This document shows, in pieces, positions 29,201 to 39,260 of a stretch of DNA of 44,190 nucleotides. Numbering within the stretch: position 1 is the stretch's first letter; each line of letters starts with the position of its first letter. Position numbers and translations under genes: made by a program. The notes beneath the pieces were generated by a model, which did no database searches, was not told the DNA's origin, and saw nothing but the letters and a program-made list of their open reading frames with translations. Source of the DNA: Craspedostauros australis (lineage: Eukaryota); assembly GCA_030167865.1 (NCBI GenBank), contig JALAGF010006194.1, forward strand, positions 1-44,190, read 5' to 3'.

Positions 29201-32200
29201 GCCAGTTGATGCAAATGCAACTTCAGATCCAACCATGATGCCGGTGAACGTGAATGCAACCTCAGGTCCAACCACGATGCCAACTGAAATGAATAGCACC
29301 AAGGCGCCAACCATGACACCGGTGAACGTGAATGCGACGTCAGGTCCAACCATGATGCCAACCGATATGAATAGCACAAAGGCACCCACCATGATGCCCG
29401 TCGACGCAAACGCAACTTCGGGTCCAACCATGATGCCGACCGAAAGCAACAGCACCAAGGCACCCACCATGATGCCGGTTGACACCAACGCGAGTTCGGG
29501 CCCAACCATGATGCCGACCGAAGGCAACAGCACCAAGACACCAACGATGATGCCGGTTGACACCAACACGACTTCGGGTCCAACCATGATGCCAACCGAA
29601 AGCAACAGTACAAAGACGCCAACTATGATGCCGGTGAATGCGAATGCGACCTCAGGTCCAACCATGATGCCAACTGAAAGCAACAGTACTCTGACACCAA
29701 CCTTGACGCCGGTGAATGCAAATTCAACTTCGGGTCCAACCATGGTGCCAACTGAAATGAACAGCACCAAGGCTCCAACGATGATGCCAATTGATTCAAA
29801 TGCAACTTCGGGCCCAACCATGATGCCAACTGAAATGAACAGCAGAAGGGCACCAACGATGACGCCGGTCGACACCAACACGACTTCGGGCCCAACTATG
29901 ATGCCGACCGAAATGAACAGTACAAAGGCGCCAACTATGATGCCGGTGAATGCGAATGCGACTTCAGGTCCAACCATAATGCCAACTGAAAGCAACAGAA
30001 CAAAGGCACCAACCTTGACGCCGGTGAATGCAAATTCAACTTCGGGTCCAACCATGATGCCAACTGAAATGAACAGCACCAAGGCTCCAACGATGATGCC
30101 AATTGATTCAAATGCAACTTCGGGCCCAACCATGATCCCGACAGAAAGCAACAAGACGGGTCTGGGTGCGACTGCCACGCCCACTGTGACACCGCTGGAG
30201 ACGAACAGCACGGAAGCACCAACCAAGGCACCAGTCGAAGCAAATGCAACATCGGTTCCAACAATGATGCCAACAGTGCAGGCTGGCAACGGGACGGTTG
30301 ATTCCAACGAAACCGAAAGTTCGACGCCATCAAGCGGTCCTACAACCAGCATACCTCCAACATCATCGCCAACACCAGCGCCAACACCAACCAATGCAAC
30401 TTTTGCAGAGACGGCAATGCCAACAACGTCAGTCAATGCAGGAGAAAGCACAGGTATGCCCACTACTGTTGTGAATAATGGCACCACTACCATCAGTGCT
30501 GAACCGACATCACCACCAATATTCATGACTAACACAACAGAAATGCCAACTTCCGTTCCATCGATGTTCAACGAAAATACCTCTGCTCCAACCAGCATGA
30601 ACACAACAGCAAGTCCAACACCCTTGATCGACGACAACAGCACAGCAACTACCATGCCTTCAGTGCAGCCAACAGTCCATGATCGGACAGAATCACCGAC
30701 GGTTGCACCATCGACAAGTAACGGAGACGGCAATTCAACAGATATGACCAGCCCACCAACCACGGTCAACACATCAATAACCACTGCTAGTCCAACACTG
30801 CAGCCATCGATGTTGCCGACGGTGTTGCCGACAGCAATGAACATCTCAACCGATGCGCCCACTCAGTTGCAAGGGAACAATGGTACTGGTTCACCAACGA
30901 TGGAACCAACAGAATTGAATGCCGAAACGCCGGCACCAACTATGGTAGACGACAACACAACACAAATGCCAACAACTGCGGGTGTTTCGACAGAAGCTCC
31001 AACTGTCGCCCCAACTGTCGCATCCAACGTGAACTCCACAACCACATTCGCACCAACCATGCGACCGACTTCAGCGAACATGACAGCTGGAGGGACATCC
31101 GCGCCTACTCCCACCGAGGTCAACGCAACAGCCGACACAGAAATGCCTAGCCAGGTCCCGACGTCAATGCCAACACCATCTGAAGGCACCCCGTCTCCAG
31201 CACCAAGCACGACACCAAGCGATGCTCCGATTTCCACCAATGCGACTGCAACATCGGCGCCAACACCAATTCTATCAATGGAGAATACGACAACAGCATC
31301 GCCGACAATATCTCCATCGATGCAGAGCGCCCCACCCACTGGTGCCCCATTTGCGCCGTCGAATGAGACAGAATCGAGTCCACCGAGTGCAGTACCTACT
31401 CCTGCAGATATGGGCACGACGACGACGCCAACTGGCATGCCATCAGAGTTTCTGAATGGGACGTCATCGAATCCCCCAAGCGAAGCACCTGTTTTTGCGG
31501 AAGTTAATCGAACTGCGGCGCCAACCGGCATGCCATCCAAGGCTAGCAAAGCAGCATCGACTGCCATGCCCAGCGAATCGCCGACTCCTACAAGGATGGG
31601 GGCAAATTCAACCACATCGCCAACCGGCATCCCAACGGCACGAAACGCCACAACGGTGGCACCAACACCTGCCCCAAGTAATGCAAACGAAACAGCCGAC
31701 ACAGAAACGCCAAGTCAGGTCCCGACGTCAATGCCAACACCATCTGAAGGCGCCCTGTCCCAAGCACCAAGCACGACACCAAGCGATGCTCCGATTTCCA
31801 CCAATGCGACTACAACATCGGCGCCAACACCAATTCTATCAATGGAGAATACGACAACAGCATCGCCGACAATATCTCCATCGATGCAGAGCGCCCCACC
31901 CACTGGTGCCCCATTTGCGCCGTCGAATGAGACAGAATCGAGTCCACCGAGTGCAGTACCTACTCCTGCAGATATGGGCACGACGACGACGCCAACTGGC
32001 ATGCCATCAGAGTTTCTGAATGGGACGTCATCGAATCCTCCAAGCGAAGCACCTGTTTTTGCGGAAGTTAATCGAACTGCGGCGCCAACCGGCAGGCCAT
32101 CCAAGGCTAGCAAAGCAGCATCGACTGCCATGCCCAGCGAATCGCCGACTCCTACATGGATGGGGGCAAATTCAACCACATCGCCAACCGGCATGCCAAC

Positions 32201-32480
32201 GGCACGAAACGCCACAATGGTGGCACCAACACCTGCCCCAAGCAATGCAAATGAAACAGAGACGGAGCCTGAGGAGTCATCCGTCGCTCCAACTCCCGCG
32301 AACACGAAGGTGCCAACCATCGCTCCGACCATTGCACCAACGGACTCCCCATCGACAATTCCAACGGTTGGGGTAGCCACGTCCGAACCCAGCGAACAAC
32401 CAAGCGCAGGTTCCGAACCACCAACTGAGGCTGAGGAGACCTTTTTGGAGCAAGATGGGGTGAACATATTCTCAGCGTAA
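26213..32480 (+). CDS. Giant type II membrane mucin-like (PT-repeat) glycoprotein, about 2035 aa; exons 26213-27680 and 27841-32480
   Basis: A phase-1 intron 27681-27840 (GTACGC...AACAG) joins the ORF 26213 frame (acidic region, TM YLLIAIICAFLVIGAVLAVFLLGLF) to the ORF 26841 frame (V-CPGSIFNPNDVCHTV...). Spliced length 1468+4640 = 6108 nt, in frame. Confidence 0.82.
26441..26840 (+). repeat. Asp/Glu-rich coding repeat with EEGSEW(D/E/G) units
   Basis: Repeated ga(g/a)ggcagcga(g/a)tggg units encode GSEWGED, GSEWDDE, GSEWEDE (x2) and GSEWDDE, then SEYEDE twice. Confidence 0.9.
28215..30164 (+). repeat. Coding tandem array: 50 x 39 bp (13 aa) units, alternating A/B (78-bp higher-order repeat)
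   Basis: A = PTMMPTEMNSTKA, B = PTMMPVNANATSG. 50 units counted in the translation, and 50 x 39 = 1950 bp matches the coordinates. Confidence 0.95.
31128..32258 (+). repeat. Near-identical 564-bp (188 aa) tandem duplication in the ectodomain
   Basis: Copy 1 starts acagccgacacagaa at 31128 and copy 2 at 31692. The translations differ at only a few residues (for example EGTPSP vs EGALSQ, GMPSK vs GRPSK, PTRM vs PTWM). Confidence 0.95.
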
Positions 32481-32708
32481 GCGTGACTACTCGATACCAA
32501 GTTGACTTTGTGTATTGAGAGCCACTCAGAGCACAGCGCAGCAAAGCAAGCCACAACGCGGATCTGCCATACTATTTTATGCTATTCTAGAGATTGTAAC
32601 ACACATCAATTGTATCAATATGTATCACTCTGCTGGTATGACATGAATGATGCACGGAAACAGAAAGAGAAGTGCTATGTGCGTAAGCTGATGCACGGAC
32701 ATGCCAAA

Positions 32709-33599
32709 CTACAGCATCTGTCGTTTATTCGCCGTATTTTGGTACGGCCGCAACACGTATTCATTCTCTGCCTCCTTCTGATCCAACGTGCCCAGCCGGA
32801 TTTGATACAACCGCATCTCGAACCTTGGCCCCACCTCGTGCAACGTGACGGAATCATTCGCCGCCGCTTTGCTGTACATGTGATGCCGGAAGGAGATGAA
32901 GTCGTTGTCATTGGAGAATGTGATCACGCGTTTGGAATCATGGCGCGGCACGGGGAACAGACACTTGAGGATGTTGCCGACCCGTTTGCCCAGCTGCGAT
33001 TCGAAGTTGTTCAGGATCAAGTGCGGATAAGCCTCCGACATGGGCGCTGCCGGTGGATCCAGATCGTGCCGCATGACGGTGTTGCTCAACGAGAAGAAGG
33101 CAGTCGGTCCCATTGGCAGATGGCACACCACCAATCCATCCGGCTCACCGCGCGTTTCCTGCACGATGATGACGTCGGTGAATTCGGACTGCTTGCAGGA
33201 CTCCATGAGTTCGTCGACGCGGCTGTTGCCACGATTCGTGCGCACGGAATTGGGAACAAGCAGCTTGACCTCCTTGACGAACTGCTTGAGGCGCGAGCTG
33301 GGTTCGCGGGCGGTTGTGACGCACACGCGCGGTTCGATCAACCCGGCGTCGCCGTACTCATCGTCGATGTGCGATTTTGGCGTGGCCGTCGTGATGTCCT
33401 CGGCATCGATCTGTTGTCGCAACGTGTCGTACGAGGCCCGGACCTCGGTGGGCAGCGGCTTGCCCGATGCCAGGGCCTCGCGGATAACGCGTTTCTGTTC
33501 GTACGTCGCCTTCTCACGTCCTTCCAGCGACTTGCGGTACATGTACTCGCGGCGCAATCGCGTTTGGCGGCGTCTTGAGGCTGAGTCGATGGGTGCCAT
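32709..33599 (-). CDS. IMP4: U3 snoRNP protein IMP4 (Brix domain)
   Basis: RRQTRLRREYMYRKS, IDDEY, VTTAREPSSRLKQFVKE, HLPMGPTAFFSLSN, YPHLILNNF, DFISFRHH, sigma-70-like motif EVGPRFEMRLYQIRLGT, EYVLRPY.NTA.K. Confidence 0.95.
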   Translation of the reverse strand: MAPIDSASRRRQTRLRREYMYRKSLEGREKATYEQKRVIREALASGKPLPTEVRASYDTLRQQIDAEDITTATPKSHIDDEYGDAGLIEPRVCVTTAREPSSRLKQFVKEVKLLVPNSVRTNRGNSRVDELMESCKQSEFTDVIIVQETRGEPDGLVVCHLPMGPTAFFSLSNTVMRHDLDPPAAPMSEAYPHLILNNFESQLGKRVGNILKCLFPVPRHDSKRVITFSNDNDFISFRHHMYSKAAANDSVTLHEVGPRFEMRLYQIRLGTLDQKEAENEYVLRPYQNTANKRQML

Positions 33600-34194
33600 G
33601 GTTGCAGGTACTCCTTGGGATCCTCTATTCTATTCTATCTGTCTAATCTGTGTATGTGTCAGTGTCGGTGTCGGTGTCGGTGTCGGCGGGCATGCGGACG
33701 CGTACTCTTCGGGAAGTCCAGGAGTGCTTGGATACCATCTCCATTATTGGCACTTGCGTCATCGTCCACAGACATCACGTCCAACGGCATCATCTCCATT
33801 TCGGTGTCGGTCCCAATGAATCTTGACTCACATTTGTTCTTGTTTGCGGATTGGTTTCTATGTTTTGCGTTCGTTGGTTGTGACCAATTGCTGAATAGAT
33901 GACGAGCCAATGACAGACGGTGTCATCGACACGATCTTTTGATTAGTTCGAATGTAAATCACCCATCAAGATTTTGCGGATTGGCACAACCATGCACACG
34001 TGTCCCTGCCATCACTGGGCACACGATCACCGAACGCATCAGTATCAACATCAAAATCAGCATCGGCACCTCGTGTCATTCATCACAACATTCATTCGGA
34101 CCCAGCTCCATTCAACACATCTCACCTCAATAATCCACCGCATTTCCTTGCGTTGCCTCGCGCTCCTTCAACCTGAAGAGATACAACCGCCATC

Positions 34195-34989
34195 ATGTTC
34201 AAGACCCTGCCCACCATGTTCGTCGCATTCTTCGGGATGATTTGCGGCGCTGAGGCATGGATCCAGCAGTCACGATCCGTGTCCATGACGGGCCGTGCCG
34301 ATCGCACCATGCTGCGAGCTGACAGCAATGAAGATTACTTCAAGGAGGCAGCATCATCGTTCTCGTCTTCCTCCTCGTCGTCTTCGTCGTCCACGAAGCT
34401 GCCGAAGCTCATCGTCTTCGATCTGGACGGTTGCCTGTGGAAGCCGGAGATGTACGAACTCAAATGGTCCACGGGTGGTGGCTCTCCCTTCAAGCTCTCC
34501 GGCGACGGCAAGACCATGCTCACCAACGGCAACCAGCCAGTCCGCCTGCTCGGCAACATCCGCGAAGTCATGCAGGAGCTCTACGCCGATCCCAAATGGT
34601 CCAAGACCATGGTCGGCGTCTCCTCGCGCACCGACGCGCCGTTGTGGGCCCTGGAATTGCTGCGCAAGTTCACCATCCGGTACCCCGATGGGCAGACGTT
34701 CGGAAAGCGCACCTTCACCCTGCAGGATGTGCTGGAGAAGAAGTCCACGGGCGCAGACGCGGAACCGCTCATTGAGATTTCGTACGAGTCCAAGGCCAAG
34801 CACTTCGAACGTCTGTCTCAGCGCACGGGCGTCAAGTTTGAGGACATGCTATTTCTGGACAACGAGTACGGTAACTGCGAGGAGATTTCTGCCTTGGGCG
34901 TGACGGTGGTGCATTGTCCGGGAGGAGTCACGTCGCGCCAGTTCGAATCGGGTCTCGAAACGTTCCCGTCGGGAGACATCGTCGGGTAG
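34195..34989 (+). CDS. MDP1: Magnesium-dependent phosphatase 1 (HAD family IIIC), likely plastid-targeted
   Basis: HAD motif I PKLIVFDLDGCLW, motif II VSSRT, Lys motif SKAKHF and motif IV LFLDNE..N, plus LGVT. Signal peptide ending AEA|W followed by an Arg/Ser-rich transit peptide. Confidence 0.85.
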   Translation: MFKTLPTMFVAFFGMICGAEAWIQQSRSVSMTGRADRTMLRADSNEDYFKEAASSFSSSSSSSSSSTKLPKLIVFDLDGCLWKPEMYELKWSTGGGSPFKLSGDGKTMLTNGNQPVRLLGNIREVMQELYADPKWSKTMVGVSSRTDAPLWALELLRKFTIRYPDGQTFGKRTFTLQDVLEKKSTGADAEPLIEISYESKAKHFERLSQRTGVKFEDMLFLDNEYGNCEEISALGVTVVHCPGGVTSRQFESGLETFPSGDIVG

Positions 34990-35580
34990 AGTTGGCTGGA
35001 TCAGATCAGATCAGCGCAGGTAGACGATGCTTCCGAATTTGCGATATGTCAGATGCCTACGATGATCTGTACCATGACATCGAACGCAGACAGAGCACTG
35101 CTAGATTCAAATGTGCATCTGTCTCGCGGCGACGGACGCAGTTGTTGTTGCGTGCAGTGAATCAGCGATAACATACAGTAGAGGATTCACCGCGCATGTT
35201 ACCAATACAACCGCAACTTCTTCTGTAGCATTGCCATCGTCGACCATTGGCCCACCGTCTATGTTCATGAGAAGCATCCACATTCGCCCGAGCGTCACAA
35301 GATCGCACGCTATTCAACGAAGATAGATGCTTGTTGTTTCAACTGTGCGAGTGGACTGGAAACCGAAAGATACGAACTCCGCAAACAGAACGCAAACAGA
35401 ACACAAACACAACAAAAAGATCGTTCTTCTTCACCTCTCTCTTCCAACACCCTCCACAATCGCAGAGCACACACTCGCGACACACTCATTAAGTGCCTGC
35501 AGCATCGTAAGCACATCCACAACTACTATACGTTCGCAACTGAATCCACAACGCTCGTTTCTGACACAGCCGACGCCATC

Positions 35581-36836
35581 ATGTTTGCCAGGCACGTTCA
35601 ACGATCCGCGGTCACACGACGACTTTTCTTCCTGCCACGGAATCGACCCCAGCAGATTGCCCCGGCTTTGGCTTCCTCTGCCATCTCTGCGCAACTGCCA
35701 TCCCCGCAAGTTCGGAATCATTACACCTACGCAAGCCGAGGCACGTTCGTGCCCGCACCCTCCAATCTGCGTGACGACTGGCATCACAGAGGATTCACGG
35801 TCGGCATTGGCGGTCCGGTGGGATCGGGCAAGACGGCGCTGGTGCTGGCATTGACCAAGGCCTTGCGGTCCCAGGTCCCGTTGGGAGTCGTGACAAACGA
35901 CATCTTCACGCAAGAGGATGCTGAATTCCTCATCCGGCATGACGCCTTGCCACACGAACTGATTCGTGCAGTCGAGACGGGTGGGTGCCCGCACGCGGTG
36001 AGTATGGCATTGTGGTTTGGATGAATGGGTGGTCAGCGTGCGAATTCCAAGAGTGTTGTGCTGCAACAACTCTTACGAAGAATGGTTGCTGTGTTGTGGA
36101 GTGGAGTGGAGTGGAACGATGCTCACAAGGACCAGCTACGTAAGAGCGCAGGGATGGACATGCCAGTGCGCCGCAACAATAGAGATCATCACTGACGCGG
36201 TGTCATATGTTCGCAAATCTTATCCTATCGTCCACGGTACTCTGCTCTACTCTTTTCTACATTCTCTATTTTCAATGCAACCAGGCAATCCGAGAAGACG
36301 TATCCTCCAATCTCACCGCTTGCGAAGACTTGACGAAGGTGCTGTTGGACAAGCAAAATGACAGCAACGGCGGCAAAGGAGCGGCGCCACTCATTCTCTG
36401 CGAGTCCGGTGGCGACAATCTGGCTGCTAACTTCTCGCGCGAGCTTGCGGACCTGACGATCTACGTCATTGATGTTGCGGGCGGGGACAAGGTCCCACGC
36501 AAAGGTGGGCCCGGCATCACGCAGTCGGATCTGCTGGTCGTCAATAAGATTGACTTGGCGGAGGCTGTGGGTTCTGATTTGGACGTCATGCGCCGCGACG
36601 CAAAGGTGATGAGGAGCAGCGCGACGGCAAGAGTCGACGGGAGCCATCATGACCACAACCACGACCACGGCCACGACCATAGCCACAACCATGAGCATGG
36701 TGTCGACGATGTGACGATGGGAGACGAGGAAGGACCCACAGTGTTCGCTTCTGTTCGTAAAGGCATTGCCCTCGACGAAATCGAGTCCTTCGTTCTCAAG
36801 AAGTACAACGAGGCGACCGAGAACTACAGCCCCTAG
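35581..36836 (+). CDS. ureG: Urease accessory GTPase UreG; exons 35581-35997 and 36285-36836
   Basis: P-loop [25 protein letters not shown], and [14 protein letters not shown] split by a phase-0 intron 35998-36284 (GTGAGT...CAG). Also [47 protein letters not shown]. Confidence 0.96.
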
Positions 36837-37167
36837 AAGGAGAGACGGTGATTTCTAACATGCTCATCTCCTCCTCATCGAGTTGTGTATTGCTCTATCA
36901 TGGTTGCATAATAATACGAGTTGTGGGCAACATGGTTGATCTTCAAATGGATGCAATTCAGAACCAACGATTCATATCTTCGACTAACTCGACTAAAATC
37001 GCTTCGCGCCAAAAATCCAGCAGTTGTACAGAACCATGGCCACCAAAGATCGTGTTGCTCCACGTTCCACGTTCGACGTCCCATGTTCGTCAGAACACCA
37101 ATTCGTGGCCGCCATGGATACACAATCGCTCGTCATCCGTTGTTGCTTTCGTCGTTAGCTATTCGCC

Positions 37168-38697
37168 ATGTCGGCGCAGCGTCGGCACCAGAAACAGAAG
37201 CAACCTCAGGCTGAACATAAACATATGCACGAACGGCTGGATGATCGGCAGTGGCATGGGATCAGCAACCGGCGTGTGATTATCATTCTTTGCGCGGCGT
37301 GCTTGTCGATCTACTTCCTGCTCAGCAACACAGCGTCCCTGCAGCAATCGCAACTTGAGCAGCAGGTCCGCACAACGGCCAGCCAAGATCAACGCATAGG
37401 CAATGAGAGGGATGGGGGCAATTCGAAGCACACCAATACAAGAGCGCAGGCTGTGCAAGACGGAAGAGAGATTGTCGCTCGTCCAGCGCGGCCATCATCG
37501 CGAACGTCGTCGATACTGACCACGAAGGCCGTTATCGACTCCACGATCTGTCTATCGGAGGAATGCATTCAGAACAAGGCGCAGGAGCTCGTCAGGATAT
37601 GGTCGGACCGTTCCAACGGGACGTGGGCCACGCATTACAGCAACCCCGTGCAGGATGCGTACAAGCGTGGCATCATCCTCGTCAAGGTGCCGAAGACAGC
37701 ATCCACCACATCTGCGGCTGTCGCACTGCGCATCTCGAAACGATACGGCGATATCCCGGTGCTGTACGAACACGGGCTCCCCACCGAGCGCAGATACAAG
37801 TACCGCCACGGGACCGAATCGTACCTCTTTTCGTCGATCCGCCATCCGCGGCAGCGCGCACTGAGCTTCCTGTGGTATCATTTCTCGCGATTGCAGCAGC
37901 ACGAAGACAAGCACAACGCGACGATCATCCTGCAACAGCTGGAAGGCATGGACGAGCGCATCCAAGATGGCGCAAACGCAAGATCCAGCGGACGCGGTGG
38001 CTTTCAATTGAGCTATTTGACACTGCAGCGCATCCCGCAGTACTCGGCATACTCCAGCACAACGCCAACCCAAGTACTGCGGCTCATCAACGACGACGAC
38101 GGCAATGGCGACAAGAGAAACAGCCACGGCAAGGTTGCAGACCGCTTTTCGTCCCTGTCAGTCACACAGAATGTGGAGAGCATCATGCAACACTACGATT
38201 TCCTCCTGGTGGTGGAACGAATGGACGAGTCGTTGGTGGCGCTCTCGATGCGCATGGGAGTCACGTTGGCAGACATCCTTGTGGCTTCCTCCAAGGTCGC
38301 TGGCACTTCGTACATGCCCGTCGGTGCAGAGCCGAAGCATTGCATCCGGTTGGAATCGCCACCACCGTTGAAGGAATTGCCAACGACCGTGCAGGCATTC
38401 CTTGCCGGCGACACGTGGCGCGCCATGAACTACGGTGACTACCTGCTGCATGCGGTGGCCGATGCGAGCTTGGACCGCACAATCGATGCGATCGGGAGGC
38501 ACAAGTTTGAAATGCGATTGCTGGAATATCGCGAACTGAAGCAACGCATCCACGAGCTGTGCGAGACCGAGATCCACTTTCCATGCAGTTCCGACGGCGT
38601 TCTGCAGGCAGACAAGTCAGCACAGAGCTGTTACGAGAGAGATTTGGGCTGTGGCCACGCCTGTTTTGACACGCATCTCCAACGGGAGGGCTGGTAA
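37168..38697 (+). CDS. Type II Golgi-type carbohydrate sulfotransferase (Gal-3-O-sulfotransferase-like)
   Basis: N-terminal TM VIIILCAACLSIYFLL, 5'-PSB motif LVKVPKTASTT, 3'-PB motif SSIRHPRQRALS, YDFLLVVERMDESLVAL, NYGDYLLH. Confidence 0.8.
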   Translation: MSAQRRHQKQKQPQAEHKHMHERLDDRQWHGISNRRVIIILCAACLSIYFLLSNTASLQQSQLEQQVRTTASQDQRIGNERDGGNSKHTNTRAQAVQDGREIVARPARPSSRTSSILTTKAVIDSTICLSEECIQNKAQELVRIWSDRSNGTWATHYSNPVQDAYKRGIILVKVPKTASTTSAAVALRISKRYGDIPVLYEHGLPTERRYKYRHGTESYLFSSIRHPRQRALSFLWYHFSRLQQHEDKHNATIILQQLEGMDERIQDGANARSSGRGGFQLSYLTLQRIPQYSAYSSTTPTQVLRLINDDDGNGDKRNSHGKVADRFSSLSVTQNVESIMQHYDFLLVVERMDESLVALSMRMGVTLADILVASSKVAGTSYMPVGAEPKHCIRLESPPPLKELPTTVQAFLAGDTWRAMNYGDYLLHAVADASLDRTIDAIGRHKFEMRLLEYRELKQRIHELCETEIHFPCSSDGVLQADKSAQSCYERDLGCGHACFDTHLQREGW

Positions 38698-39260
38698 AAG
38701 GTATTATTCGCGAGTACAAGTGTGAGTATCAAGAAAGAGGGATCAGAGTGGGCAACGTTGCGATAGCGACCTTCTGTTGCCCCACACAACGTGATTGATT
38801 CGTGACCCGAAAGGTGCTTTCCGTGGCGACCTTCTTTGATTCGTGCACATCACTTCGCTTCTCTCTGGAACAACAAAAACGCAACCACAAAACTCTCTGC
38901 GTGAACGACCTGGGCTTTATCGGCAGCCGTGCAAGGAATCCAGGCACACCAAGAGAGAGAGAGAGAGCCTTGGCGTCTCTCGATCTTTGCATCGGTCCGG
39001 CATCACCAAAGCAAGGTTGGCAAGAGGGCACGCACCGCAGAGAGGGGTATTTTGTGCACCCATCGCCCAGCATTGCACTCTTGACGCACCGTGTGTCATC
39101 CAACATGTACCTCTGCTCCTTACTTCATCAACAGGTGTTTCAGCAAGACTCAAGAAACAAGGAGAGAGTGATCAATCGATGATCATTGCTTTGCACATCC
39201 CACAAACATACCAACGAAGCTGTCTTTGAGCAAAGAACAAGTCCAACCAGCCAAGCCGCC

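Noticed and set aside
28215..30164. Regular repeat array as a possible CRISPR
   Set aside because: No unique spacers, an in-frame coding repeat with codon-position variation, eukaryotic context and no cas genes.
28172..32554. Long minus-strand ORFs (896 aa and two of 279 aa) of hydrophobic VGIMVG repeats
   Set aside because: Antisense shadow of the PT-repeat coding strand. The repeat lacks stop codons in that frame, and there is no independent evidence of a gene.
32502..33819. Plus-strand ORFs of 358 and 259 aa over IMP4
   Set aside because: Antisense to a highly conserved gene. GC-rich codon usage suppresses stop codons, and no recognisable motifs are present.
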